A stretch of 64,000 nucleotides of DNA from an uncultured virus (IMG/VR IMGVR_UViG_3300048580_000371) (taxonomy: Duplodnaviria; Heunggongvirae; Uroviricota; Caudoviricetes): the IMG/VR virus record IMGVR_UViG_3300048580_000371; one strand, given 5' to 3'. This document shows, in pieces, positions 47,010 to 57,042 of this stretch; positions within the stretch are counted from its first letter, which is position 1; each line of letters starts with the position of its first letter. The notes beneath the pieces are model-generated. The model had not been told where the DNA came from and ran no database searches. It saw only the letters and a list, made by a program, of their open reading frames with translations. Position numbers and translations under genes: made by a program.

Positions 47010-47939
47010 TTATATTTCTTTTAATTTCTTTATATAATGAAAAATTTCACCAACATATCGTTTATAATTTCTCTGCACGGTATAGGGTTTTAAAACGTTT
47101 TTGTGCAATTGCATTAATTTTTCAATATCATACACCCATTCTTTCTTGCCAACTTTAAATGCTTGTAAATCAAACATATCCCTAACCAACATTCTTATTG
47201 GAAGAAAAACATTTTGAACAGATTTTTCATTGTCCCATTTTGTTCTATATATCATATCATATAGTTCTTGATATTGTGCATCATAAAATTCTTTAAAACG
47301 ATTAAAAAATTCTTTCATTACTGGACCAGACACACCCATGCTTGCCCATTTTTGAATTAATTGTTTTCTTGTGAAGGTGTTGAAATATTTTTCTCGATCA
47401 TAAGATGGTTGTTGGAAACGTTGCAACGCTGCATCAATGTTGCCATCCATTAAATATGTCCCAATTTCAACCAACACAGCTTCATGTTCTGAAGGTGCTT
47501 TGTGGTGGTTTATTTCATAATCAAATGCAGGATTGTTGGAATTTTTCTCACGTTGTTCTCTTTCATAATCCAAGAACCCGTTGATTTTTTGACTAACATG
47601 TGTCATTTCGTGAGCTAACGTCATACGGGCATGTTTAATGTTTTTATCCAAGTCATCACTAATACCCCATTTACCATTAATTTCTTCTTGGTAATTATTG
47701 GTTGTAATTTCTACAATTGCTCTATTATCATAAGAAGTTGCAAGTGATCTTTGTATATTTGGTGACCATTCCACACTAACTTTATATTTAAAATACCCAT
47801 GTGGTAATTCGATATTTTTGATGGAAAACTTACCAGATGGCCAATGTCCACCAGCCACCATTTCATCAAATTTCTTTAATGCAATATTGGTTAATCTATT
47901 ATAATTTGATACACTTTCTGTTAATTCATATGCTCTCAT
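47010..47939 (-). CDS. putative zinc metallopeptidase, CTS-like start
   Basis: LAHEMTHVSQ (HExxH) with downstream EHEA; MRAYELTE; GATAAATA 47947-47954. Confidence 0.6.
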   Translation of the reverse strand: MRAYELTESVSNYNRLTNIALKKFDEMVAGGHWPSGKFSIKNIELPHGYFKYKVSVEWSPNIQRSLATSYDNRAIVEITTNNYQEEINGKWGISDDLDKNIKHARMTLAHEMTHVSQKINGFLDYEREQREKNSNNPAFDYEINHHKAPSEHEAVLVEIGTYLMDGNIDAALQRFQQPSYDREKYFNTFTRKQLIQKWASMGVSGPVMKEFFNRFKEFYDAQYQELYDMIYRTKWDNEKSVQNVFLPIRMLVRDMFDLQAFKVGKKEWVYDIEKLMQLHKNVLKPYTVQRNYKRYVGEIFHYIKKLKEI

Positions 47940-47968
47940 GATAATCTATTTATCAAAAATTTTTAAAT

Positions 47969-47997
47969 TTGACATTTTTAAATTACCATCTTATGAT
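47969..47997 (+). promoter_or_regulatory. sigma70-like promoter
   Basis: TTGACA-17 bp-TATGAT. Confidence 0.7.
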
Positions 47998-48017
47998 AAA
48001 ACAAAGGAGAAAAAACA

Positions 48018-48755
48018 ATGATAGGACGATTTTTAGATTTAACCAATTTGAGTGAAGGCGCAACAGAACAGGATATTATCGATCTTTGTTCTTTAGCCAA
48101 AGAAAATCCCACAATAGTTGCAGGCGTTTGTTCATGGCCAATTTTTGCAGATGTGATTAAAAATGAACTCCAAAATACAGACTTGAAAACTGTCTGCGTT
48201 TTAAATTTCCCCCATGGTCATTCTTGTGATATGGATAATGAAATTAAAAAACATAAAATAGTGCTGCAAGCTTTTTGTGATGAAATTGATGTTGTGTTTG
48301 ATTATGGATATGTTAAAAAAACTACAGGTGCAAATTCAGGTAACGTTTTAAAAACTAAAGACATATTTGGTAAAAAAACTGTTAAAGTTATATTAGAATC
48401 TGGAATTTTATCTCCCTATGAATGCCAAATGGCTGCTCATGATGCTATTAATTCTGGCGCTGATTTTTTAAAAACAAGTACTGGGAAAACTGCTATTTAT
48501 GGTAATGAAATGTGTAATATCGGTGCCACACCATTGGCTGTTAAAATTATGTGCAATGAGATTGCACATCATTATTCAAAAACAAAACGAAAGGTTGGAA
48601 TTAAAGTTTCTGGTGGTGTAAAGACTAATGACCAAGCCCAAGAATATATTGAAATAGTAAGGGAATTATTAGGCGACGAATGGTTGGTCCCAGAATTATT
48701 CCGTATAGGTATAGGGACAACATCAAATCTTTTAAATGAATGGAAGACAAATTGA
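48018..48755 (+). CDS. deoC: deoxyribose-phosphate aldolase
   Basis: LDLTNL, NFPHG, DEIDVV, KVILESG, GADFLKTSTGK, GIKVSGGV, FRIG. Confidence 0.93.
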   Translation: MIGRFLDLTNLSEGATEQDIIDLCSLAKENPTIVAGVCSWPIFADVIKNELQNTDLKTVCVLNFPHGHSCDMDNEIKKHKIVLQAFCDEIDVVFDYGYVKKTTGANSGNVLKTKDIFGKKTVKVILESGILSPYECQMAAHDAINSGADFLKTSTGKTAIYGNEMCNIGATPLAVKIMCNEIAHHYSKTKRKVGIKVSGGVKTNDQAQEYIEIVRELLGDEWLVPELFRIGIGTTSNLLNEWKTN

Positions 48756-49201
48756 AACCATCTAATAGAACATTGGAAATTATGTTGTTGGTTGTGGTTG
48801 GATTGAATGCCATTGGGTCAATTTATGAAATTATACACTTGATGGTATATATGACTTTTAACCCAACAATATATTTGCCTACGTTGGTATTTATGGTATT
48901 ATCTCGGTATTGGATATGTCATAAATATGCTGGATTTGGATGGAAAAATTTAATATTATCATTTGATATATTTTCCCATATTGTCGTTATTACAGAAGAA
49001 CAAAAAACCAATTATGCAATGACAAAATTTAAATCCGAAATAGAAAATGTTGAACATGGTAAAATGCTTGTGTTTTTTCCTGATACAGTTTTGGTTGACT
49101 GGTTGAAAAATAATATTAAAGGACCATATTATAAAGAATTTAATAGGGTAAAATTTCTAAATAAGAAAGATGCAATGATGTTTAAATTGGTATGGAGTTA
49201 A
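48740..49201 (+). CDS. FKLRW-motif family protein with TM segments
   Basis: DAMMFKLVWS. Confidence 0.75.
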   Translation: MEDKLKPSNRTLEIMLLVVVGLNAIGSIYEIIHLMVYMTFNPTIYLPTLVFMVLSRYWICHKYAGFGWKNLILSFDIFSHIVVITEEQKTNYAMTKFKSEIENVEHGKMLVFFPDTVLVDWLKNNIKGPYYKEFNRVKFLNKKDAMMFKLVWS

Positions 49202-49203
49202 TT

Positions 49204-49524
49204 ATGGATGCTTTTGAAAAAATGAAAATTGAAGATGCAACAAAAAGGATGTATGAAGAAATACGCAACATGCGCCCAAATAAATTTGACCCACCATGGG
49301 ACAATTTAAATAGAAAAATTCAAGATTGTTTTCGTGCAATGGCAAGAGTTACAATGAACAATTATGAAACATTTCCTGATATCTATATGGCTACAAGCAC
49401 CATGTATGAAACATTCACATCAATGAGACAATCTCCTCTTTATATGGATGCACCATGGGGTGAATTGATGGAAAAATATAAACAAGGGTTTGAATTATTG
49501 ACCAAAACAGTGTTGAGATTATGA
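49204..49524 (+). CDS. hypothetical protein with two internal repeats
   Basis: MYE..R...D.PW..L..K....F twice. Confidence 0.6.
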   Translation: MDAFEKMKIEDATKRMYEEIRNMRPNKFDPPWDNLNRKIQDCFRAMARVTMNNYETFPDIYMATSTMYETFTSMRQSPLYMDAPWGELMEKYKQGFELLTKTVLRL

Positions 49525-49763
49525 GTATTAGAGTAGATATATTCAATAAAAGTGAAATTGAATGGGCTGAAATATGCAAGTGGTTGTTGGAAAACGCCCA
49601 TGCAGATATACAAGATGGGCATAACAATTCGTTGTTTAGGGAAATTCAACATTGGGCAGAACGTGATAAAACATATTTGATCACAACCAATAACGAATTT
49701 TGGGGAACAATGTATTTCGAAGATAGTAAAGATGCCATGCTATACAAAATGAGATGGGGGTGA
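49521..49763 (+). CDS. FKLRW-motif family protein
   Basis: DAMLYKMRWG. Confidence 0.75.
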   Translation: MSIRVDIFNKSEIEWAEICKWLLENAHADIQDGHNNSLFREIQHWAERDKTYLITTNNEFWGTMYFEDSKDAMLYKMRWG

Positions 49764-49780
49764 AGATGATTGAAATCAGG

Positions 49781-49809
49781 TTGACAAAATTATACTTTCA
49801 TTGTATTAT
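49781..49809 (+). promoter_or_regulatory. sigma70-like promoter
   Basis: TTGACA-17 bp-TATTAT. Confidence 0.65.
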
Positions 49810-49835
49810 TAGAATTGGTATATCAAACAAAGAAG

Positions 49836-50081
49836 ATGAATATGGAAATAATGATAGGAAAACATGATTTTTATCATCGCCAACAAGAAATTGTAAATTG
49901 GTGTATTAAAAATTTTGGAACAAGGGGTTCCACGTTATATTTTTCAAAATATCCTGAACGTTGGGCATATGAAATTTTTTTTGGCAATGGTATATTCAAA
50001 TTTAAAACCAATGCAGATGCAATGTTGTTCAAATTATGTTGGGGTGGAACAGTGTCACCTGAAAACCATATGGGGTCATAA
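49836..50081 (+). CDS. FKLRW-motif family protein
   Basis: DAMLFKLCWGG. Confidence 0.7.
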   Translation: MNMEIMIGKHDFYHRQQEIVNWCIKNFGTRGSTLYFSKYPERWAYEIFFGNGIFKFKTNADAMLFKLCWGGTVSPENHMGS

Positions 50082-50557
50082 TGAAAAACTCTAAAGATTT
50101 TCCATACCTTGTTGAAATATCCCATAAGGCATATTATGGGAAACATGAGTTTTATAATAGGTACAATAATGTGACTAATTGGAAATGGTCAAATGATGGG
50201 AAAAAGAACAATGTGTCAGCATATAATCATGGTTTGCGTAAAGAAATAAATCAATGGATTGTTGATAATACTGATGGGGGAATAGAGGATAACACTATTC
50301 TTTATTGGAGGTTTAAATTTGAAAAAGATGCTCAAAAATTCATTGATGTAGGTTTTGGTTCATATGAAGTCAGACTTCGTGATTTATCATCTTTTGAAAA
50401 ATCACAACTAATTAGTTGGTATGTAAATACATCATTAGAAAGTATTTGGCGTGGAACCCACTTTTTCAATCCAGATAGAGAAATTAAATATACCCATAAT
50501 GTCATAAAATTTGATAAAAAAGAAGAAGCAATGTTTTGTAAATTAAAGTGGGGATAA
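50081..50557 (+). CDS. FKLRW-motif family protein (two tandem domains)
   Basis: internal FKFEKDAQKF and terminal EAMFCKLKWG. Confidence 0.75.
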   Translation: MKNSKDFPYLVEISHKAYYGKHEFYNRYNNVTNWKWSNDGKKNNVSAYNHGLRKEINQWIVDNTDGGIEDNTILYWRFKFEKDAQKFIDVGFGSYEVRLRDLSSFEKSQLISWYVNTSLESIWRGTHFFNPDREIKYTHNVIKFDKKEEAMFCKLKWG

Positions 50558-50616
50558 ATATTGACTTGAGTGATAAAATTGTTATACAGTATTTAAAATA
50601 TTAAAGGAGTTATTGT

Positions 50617-51627
50617 ATGAGAACCATATTGGAAAAAGAAGATGTTATAATCTATTTCGCTGGGAAGACTTGGCACGCTGATAAATTCCGCATAATGCAT
50701 GAGAAGGGGTATAATACCAATGCTTCTTGGGTATATCTACCTGGGAAATTAACCAGCCGTGAAGATTTTCATCCACCTATTCAAACAATGACAAGGGAAC
50801 AAAAAGAAGAAATTTGGCACCATTGTTTATATGAAAGTTCCCACTGTGATATAGTGGTTCTTTATTGTGAACCAGAAGATGGGGATATGTTGTCTGGTGC
50901 TATATCGGAAGCAGGTTCTGCAATGGCTCATGGGAAACAAGTTTACCAGATTGGTTCATGCTCTTCAGTCGAACCAAATAAAAATTCCGATAAAGCGTTC
51001 ACCTATTGTTCTTTTTGGCATGTTGTTCCAGAAACAGATTTGGAAAAAGGTCTTGAATGGATTTTTAATCATTACAATAATAATTATGTTGGAAATTGGC
51101 AAAAAACTCGAAATAATCAACGAATTGAAATCCCAAAACCAACTTCGGTTATGAAATGCAACGACGATAGAACAAAATTTTGGATAGAGAAAGAGAAACC
51201 AGCGCCGACGATGGAAGATATCTTGGGGTCCATTCGCAGGATATTGTCTGAAGATGCTGAAGATGAAAAATTCCCACCAAAACCAACCAAACGTTTTGAT
51301 TGTACAAATGAAGATGAAGAAGCCCTTATGAAAGAATGGGCTGCAATGTCTGATGATAATAGTGAAATTGAAGATACAGGACAAATGGCTGCAGAATGGG
51401 AAGCCATGCTTGGTGCAGGAGAACCATCACATGATAAACAACGTGAAGAGCTTCAACGAAAACTTGCCCATGCAAGGAAAATTGCACCTGAATTCATGGA
51501 AGTAACTGAAAAAGCGTTGAGTCCAAATGAATCTGAATTGTCAGCATTAAAAGAACGTGTTGCTAAATTGGAAACAATTATTAATAATATGATTAATTAT
51601 ACTGATATTGATGGTCCAATTAATTAA
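50617..51627 (+). CDS. nucleoside 2-deoxyribosyltransferase-like domain fused to PopZ-helix-1-like and FliM-like motifs and a coiled coil
   Basis: IYFAG...CDIVV...GAISEAGSAMAHGKQVY; PTMEDILGSIRRILSED; EALMKEWAAM, QMAAEWEAML. Confidence 0.7.
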   Translation: MRTILEKEDVIIYFAGKTWHADKFRIMHEKGYNTNASWVYLPGKLTSREDFHPPIQTMTREQKEEIWHHCLYESSHCDIVVLYCEPEDGDMLSGAISEAGSAMAHGKQVYQIGSCSSVEPNKNSDKAFTYCSFWHVVPETDLEKGLEWIFNHYNNNYVGNWQKTRNNQRIEIPKPTSVMKCNDDRTKFWIEKEKPAPTMEDILGSIRRILSEDAEDEKFPPKPTKRFDCTNEDEEALMKEWAAMSDDNSEIEDTGQMAAEWEAMLGAGEPSHDKQREELQRKLAHARKIAPEFMEVTEKALSPNESELSALKERVAKLETIINNMINYTDIDGPIN

Positions 51628-51680
51628 TCAAAATTTGTGAAAATTTCATAAATAGTATTAACTATTTGTGGAGATTTAAT

Positions 51681-52466
51681 ATGAGATGGTTTGAAATTTG
51701 TGAAACGTATAGTAGAGATAATATAGCATTAATGCGTTATATGAAAGATGGTAAATTTGATCCACACCAATTGTGGTGGTATGTTTGTGTATGGGCTGAA
51801 GACACAGATAATATTGATGCATTTAATGTTGATGCAGGTTCTGAACAAGAATTGAATGAAGAAGACCCAGAATTATTTTGGACATTACCACAAAACCTAC
51901 AAAAAGAATGTATCCAATGGGTATATGATTATGTTAGTCAAAATGACCCATCAGAATTACCAACCCATCAATATCTTAATTTAAAAGACAAACAACTTTT
52001 AAAAAGAACCACTTGGTTAGTTCATTTTTCCAATTCAGCAGATGATATTGCCTATAATGGTTTCACCCAAGGCGTGGATGATATGGGAAGATTGGGGTTA
52101 ACTACCCATTTAGATAGTTTTTATAAAAATGATGCAGGATTTAACTTCGCTTTTTTGGCCAAATCAAGAGATGCCCAATATGCAGCCAGTAAAGAAAAAT
52201 ATGGTGAAGAAGCAGTGTTATTCCAAAATAGTGGTGTTTATGCTTACCATGGGTCAGATGAAGAAAATCAGGTAATGTTTTATGGACCAGATGTGAAACC
52301 AGAAAATATTGTATGGTTGAGAAAAAGAGATGGTGATTGGTGTGTATATCCAAAAGGAAAATGGACTGAAAACAAAGACGGATTATTCACTGGTGACTTT
52401 GATAAATGCGTTGATTGGGTAATAAGTAATTTCGCCCAATATAGAAAGGTATTAACTGGAAAATAA
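51681..52466 (+). CDS. hypothetical late protein, CTS-like start
   Basis: MRWFEICE; CATAAATA 51647-51654. Confidence 0.7.
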   Translation: MRWFEICETYSRDNIALMRYMKDGKFDPHQLWWYVCVWAEDTDNIDAFNVDAGSEQELNEEDPELFWTLPQNLQKECIQWVYDYVSQNDPSELPTHQYLNLKDKQLLKRTTWLVHFSNSADDIAYNGFTQGVDDMGRLGLTTHLDSFYKNDAGFNFAFLAKSRDAQYAASKEKYGEEAVLFQNSGVYAYHGSDEENQVMFYGPDVKPENIVWLRKRDGDWCVYPKGKWTENKDGLFTGDFDKCVDWVISNFAQYRKVLTGK

Positions 52467-52509
52467 TAATAAATATTTATATAATTAATTTTATATTGAG
52501 GAAAAAATA

Positions 52510-53475
52510 ATGTTTCATAATATGTCAAACCAAAATATTAAAAAAAGTGGTGTATATGCAATTGTCAATAACATAACAGGAAAAATGTATATTGGTAGCA
52601 CTAAAATGTTTATCAAACGCTTTACTTATCACAAAAATGAATTAATAAAAAATAAACACCATTCTATAAAATTACAAAGATCATACAATAAATATGGTGG
52701 TGAGTTTTTTGAATTTATAATTTTAGAAGAAGTATTGGATAAAAATGAATTATATGTTATTGAGCAGAATTGGTTAAATAAAACACAAGTATGGATTGAT
52801 GGATATAATATATCTCCTTATGCTGGTAATTATCAATTAGCATATGATAATAAACAACGGGCATCAAAGGAATATATTGTGATTTCTCCAACAGATGAAC
52901 AATATAATGTTTTTGGATTAAATGATTTTTGTGAAGAACATAATTTAGATGCATCAGGAATGACAAAAGTAGCAAAGGGTATTTACAACCATGTTAAAGG
53001 GTGGCGTTGTTTTTATAAAGAATTGGCACCAACATTTATTGTGCCTTTTATTGAATTTAAAAATAACATCGACCAACAAAACAAAATAATCAAACATAAA
53101 ATAGTAACAAAAATGTCAGAACAGAATATTAAAACTTATACTGTTGTTGACCCAAATAATAATATATTTTTAATTAAAAATTTAAAAATGTTTTGTAAAA
53201 AAAATAATTTGAAATATTCAAGCATGTTAAATATATCAATTGGTTATCAATCACAGCATAAAGGTTGGCAATGTTTTCTGGGTAAAAAAACAGAAACAGA
53301 AATACCATTATTAGTAAAAAAAATTTGGACTATTGTTTCACCAACAGGTGTGTTTTATTCTTCAGACTCTCTTAAAAAATTATGCGTTGAACATAATTTA
53401 AGACAAAGTAATATGTCAAATGTTGCAGCAGGAAGAATTCAACACCATAAAGGATGGGGTTGTTTTTATAAATGA
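52510..53475 (+). CDS. GIY-YIG homing endonuclease
   Basis: SGVYAIVNNITGKMYIGST, R...H, E..W, GYN; three C-terminal repeats ending HKGW. Confidence 0.88.
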   Translation: MFHNMSNQNIKKSGVYAIVNNITGKMYIGSTKMFIKRFTYHKNELIKNKHHSIKLQRSYNKYGGEFFEFIILEEVLDKNELYVIEQNWLNKTQVWIDGYNISPYAGNYQLAYDNKQRASKEYIVISPTDEQYNVFGLNDFCEEHNLDASGMTKVAKGIYNHVKGWRCFYKELAPTFIVPFIEFKNNIDQQNKIIKHKIVTKMSEQNIKTYTVVDPNNNIFLIKNLKMFCKKNNLKYSSMLNISIGYQSQHKGWQCFLGKKTETEIPLLVKKIWTIVSPTGVFYSSDSLKKLCVEHNLRQSNMSNVAAGRIQHHKGWGCFYK

Positions 53476-54665
53476 GAGCATATGAATTTTTATTAGAATA
53501 TAGAAGAAATAATACACCTAAACAAAATGCTTTTGAGGTGTTGAAACAATATAAAGATCGTGATGATATATATATTTCATTCACCAAATTAGATAAACTT
53601 GGGTTGAACCCAAAAACACAATGGGCAACACCAATAGGAATATATTCCTATCCACTAAAAGCTGCATGGGATTATTATGATATTGGACGTAAACAATTTG
53701 GGGGGTTTCCTTGGGCTGCATCAGAACCATATATTTGGGTTTTTGAAGCTGACATTAAAGATTTAACACAATTAACAGAACAAGATTATAATAATGCTGT
53801 TGATTATATTTTCGCTAATAACATCATGAGTGAAATGGCTCTTGATAATTATATCAACAGTGAAAACACAGAAATCTATAAAAGAAATAACAAATGGGGT
53901 CCATTAATATGGGATATGACAAGAAAGGCAACTGTTAGACAAAAAACCGATAGTGAAAAAGGTTATTATAATGTTAATAAATGGTCTAAATTATTATTAG
54001 ATTTGGGATATAATGGGCTATCAGATAAACACGGCAATTCAATTATTCATAGTAATGAGCCTTGTCAGGCGGTATTCTTTACCACCAAAGGTATTAAAAT
54101 AGTTGAAAAAATTTATAATAATCGCCCATTAAGAAAAGAACAAGGTGTTAAAATAGCGGCTAAGAAAAAACTTGTGAATAGTCTGTCTGATGATGAATTT
54201 ATTTATAAATTAAAACATGGTGGTATTGAGGCTGATGAATTGATAATAGACAGTGATGAAATGGTATTATATAAAAAGAATCCAACACCAGATTTACAGT
54301 GGGGCATTTATAATTTTTCCCCAAGATTTGCAGCAAGAATAAAAAATTTGATACCAGAAATACAAGAAAAAGTGGTTAAAATAGATGGTACCCATATTAA
54401 ATTTTTCCCAAATGCAGATGCTAAAATTCAAATAGCAGCAATTGAATTTGGTGGTTTTGACTCCATAAAATTAATAAAAAATATAAAACCAGAAACAATT
54501 AAATATATCATTGATAATGACCCAATGTTAATTGAATATGTCCAAATAATACCGCCTGAAATTCAAATGTATGCGTTGAATACTAATATTAATTTATACA
54601 AAAAAATTAAAAATCCATGTGGATTGGCTACTAAATACTATAATGAACACAAAGGAACACCATGA
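53472..54665 (+). CDS. hypothetical protein, CTS-like start
   Basis: MRAYEFLLE; TPIGIYSYPL, GYNGLSD...IIHSNEPCQAVFF; C-terminal helical repeats. Confidence 0.7.
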   Translation: MRAYEFLLEYRRNNTPKQNAFEVLKQYKDRDDIYISFTKLDKLGLNPKTQWATPIGIYSYPLKAAWDYYDIGRKQFGGFPWAASEPYIWVFEADIKDLTQLTEQDYNNAVDYIFANNIMSEMALDNYINSENTEIYKRNNKWGPLIWDMTRKATVRQKTDSEKGYYNVNKWSKLLLDLGYNGLSDKHGNSIIHSNEPCQAVFFTTKGIKIVEKIYNNRPLRKEQGVKIAAKKKLVNSLSDDEFIYKLKHGGIEADELIIDSDEMVLYKKNPTPDLQWGIYNFSPRFAARIKNLIPEIQEKVVKIDGTHIKFFPNADAKIQIAAIEFGGFDSIKLIKNIKPETIKYIIDNDPMLIEYVQIIPPEIQMYALNTNINLYKKIKNPCGLATKYYNEHKGTP

Positions 54666-56104
54666 AAATAAAAGATATATTTAAAGAATCAATAGTAGGA
54701 TTAAACATAACTGGTGATATAACAAAATATGCCAATTATGTTGATAAGTATTTGGATGAATTAAATTCCCAAAATACTATAGAAACAGATGGAGTGAAAA
54801 AACAACTTATCAATCAAACTAATTCCAATATGAAAATTTTCATTGATAAAATCCAACAAGCATTTCCAAAAATTCAATCAAAGTGGTTGGGAAGCAGCGT
54901 TAAAGTTGTTCCACACTTTAATACCGGTTGGGATTTTCCTATTCATGAAGGTTGTTCTGATTTTTCCATATATGTTATTAATGGTAAAGACAAGCCTGAT
55001 TTCACAACTTTTAATTTTGGTGCAAATTTGGGCGACGTTTTGGATGGTGGTGATGAGGATTTTTTCTCTAATCCAAACACAGAAAATGATTATTTTTTAT
55101 TAGTTAATTTATTAGAACGCCCAGAAATATTTGATCACCCAGAACGAGAAATCACACTCTATACAGCAAGACCAAAAAAGGATAGAGAGATATTCTCTGG
55201 TAATACTATACCATCTAATATATTTTTAACCAATGATCCAGATGAAGCAGAAGGATATGCAAGAGATTTTGGCGATAGAGACATTTATAAAGTTAAAATT
55301 CAACAACAATATTTGACCCAAACATTAAATGCTGGTAGAAAGAAAAATTTCCAAACAGTTTCCCCTACAGGTAAAGTGCCTGTAGTGTGGATTGATAATT
55401 TATCGGAATCCAAAGATGTTTTTGGTAAACAAACCCCATCATTGGAACAAATTTATCAAAAATGGAAACATAAAGGTATATCGTTGGATTATTTGAAATC
55501 ACAAATGAAAAAGGGAACAGCCATTGAACATGAACATACAAATGACATGTTGGTAGCCAATGAAATATGCAGAGATCATCTTTCTGAATTACCTGACTAT
55601 TATGATTTATTGGCTAATATGGAAAAGAAAGGTAAGGCTGAGTTGAAAGAAGCTGTTAGCCCATTTTCTGGTAAATTAAATCGTCCAATAGAAATCCCAA
55701 AATTATGGTCAAAACCTGAAGATGAACCAAAACAAGATGGTGTGGTGTTTGGTGCATATTATAAAAGTACAAATACTTTATCGAGTTACAATAGTTATAA
55801 TAAATTTTCAAAGAAAAAAGGACCATTGGGTGATGGTGTATATTTTACCGGTGCGCCATATCAAGATTTTGATAGATGGGATGTTAATTATATTGAAGTA
55901 GCGATTGGTCCATTAATGAATCCAATATATGTTTATGGCAACACAACCACCGAAGCGGTAAAATATTTCAAGTCAATGAAAAATAAACCTGCAGGTTATG
56001 ATGGTATAATTTGGTTGGATACTTTGAAAACAATACGGGGTGGGGTGGTATTTAATTCAGAGTTAATCAAATATGAACGCAACCCGAGGTCATTGGATGA
56101 ATAA
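54662..56104 (+). CDS. multidomain protein with DUF5661-like motif, CTS-like start
   Basis: MKIKDIFKE; GTAIEHEHT...EICRDHLSELPDYY; C-terminal GDGVYFT...GYDGII. Confidence 0.65.
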   Translation: MKIKDIFKESIVGLNITGDITKYANYVDKYLDELNSQNTIETDGVKKQLINQTNSNMKIFIDKIQQAFPKIQSKWLGSSVKVVPHFNTGWDFPIHEGCSDFSIYVINGKDKPDFTTFNFGANLGDVLDGGDEDFFSNPNTENDYFLLVNLLERPEIFDHPEREITLYTARPKKDREIFSGNTIPSNIFLTNDPDEAEGYARDFGDRDIYKVKIQQQYLTQTLNAGRKKNFQTVSPTGKVPVVWIDNLSESKDVFGKQTPSLEQIYQKWKHKGISLDYLKSQMKKGTAIEHEHTNDMLVANEICRDHLSELPDYYDLLANMEKKGKAELKEAVSPFSGKLNRPIEIPKLWSKPEDEPKQDGVVFGAYYKSTNTLSSYNSYNKFSKKKGPLGDGVYFTGAPYQDFDRWDVNYIEVAIGPLMNPIYVYGNTTTEAVKYFKSMKNKPAGYDGIIWLDTLKTIRGGVVFNSELIKYERNPRSLDE

Positions 56105-56327
56105 GTATATCATTAGACAGCATCATTTTGAAGATAAAGGTAAACAACACTATTATTATATTGGGGAAGGTAAGGCAATGGACCCATTTGATATTCGTAT
56201 TAACCAAAGCTTTATTTTTGAAGACAGAACAGAAGCAGAAAAAATAAGAAGACAACTTTTGAATGATTATGAAGATTTGGAAATAGTCGCTGTCAAGCTC
56301 CAAATCACTCCCATTAGGGCAAAATAA
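56097..56327 (+). CDS. hypothetical protein
   Basis: Coupled ORF. Confidence 0.55.
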   Translation: MNKYIIRQHHFEDKGKQHYYYIGEGKAMDPFDIRINQSFIFEDRTEAEKIRRQLLNDYEDLEIVAVKLQITPIRAK

Positions 56328-56384
56328 ATTTTGACGTTTTCCAAAAATATGCTATATTAGTATAAACATACAATGGAGATGATA

Positions 56385-56540
56385 ATGGGGTATGAAGAAG
56401 AATGCGATTTACAGGATAAAATTTGGGTTGCGGTCCATGACCTTGTAGACAAAATGCTTGAAGGTGTTCCACTGGAAAGTGATGAAAACATTCGTATGAG
56501 GTTAACCGAAACATTCCGTTTTTGGCATCGTGAACGCTAA
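56385..56540 (+). CDS. small hypothetical protein (51 aa, below ORF-track cutoff)
   Basis: TTGACG promoter, GGAG RBS; MGYEEECDLQDKIWVAVHDLVDKML...WHRER*. Confidence 0.55.
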   Translation: MGYEEECDLQDKIWVAVHDLVDKMLEGVPLESDENIRMRLTETFRFWHRER

Positions 56541-56541
56541 A

Positions 56542-56715
56542 ATGAATTATGAAGTTACAGTTTTAGAATATGGGAAATATGTTCAAGCTACTGAATGGTT
56601 AATGGAAAATGTTAACAAAAATAATTGGCAGCAAGAACATTCTTCATCACCCGGATGGATATTTTTACTCAAATATAAAAAAGATGCTTTTTTGTTAAAA
56701 ATGAAATGGGGTTGA
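56542..56715 (+). CDS. FKLRW-motif family protein
   Basis: DAFLLKMKWG. Confidence 0.7.
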   Translation: MNYEVTVLEYGKYVQATEWLMENVNKNNWQQEHSSSPGWIFLLKYKKDAFLLKMKWG

Positions 56716-56717
56716 GA

Positions 56718-57035
56718 ATGTATCAAATTATTTATTATGCTGAAAAAACTGGAAGAGTATTCACGATGATGGACTCCCCAAAAGAATGGGTTGATGTATC
56801 TGATGGATGGTTAGAAGGAGAATTCCCGTTTTATATTAGGCAATTATTTTGTAAAAATAACTATCAACATAAATTTAAAATTTATTCCCAATATGTTGGT
56901 GTGAATTTTTACAATCAAAATTTAATTCATAATTATAAATTTTGTGTTGATGATAAAGCATCATTGATGCATTTTATTTTAAAATTTGATAATGAATTTG
57001 AATTTGAAAAAATTAACTATAGTACTAAAGAATAA
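56718..57035 (+). CDS. FKLRW-motif family protein (variant)
   Basis: SLMHFILKF. Confidence 0.65.
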   Translation: MYQIIYYAEKTGRVFTMMDSPKEWVDVSDGWLEGEFPFYIRQLFCKNNYQHKFKIYSQYVGVNFYNQNLIHNYKFCVDDKASLMHFILKFDNEFEFEKINYSTKE

Positions 57036-57042
57036 GGATTCA

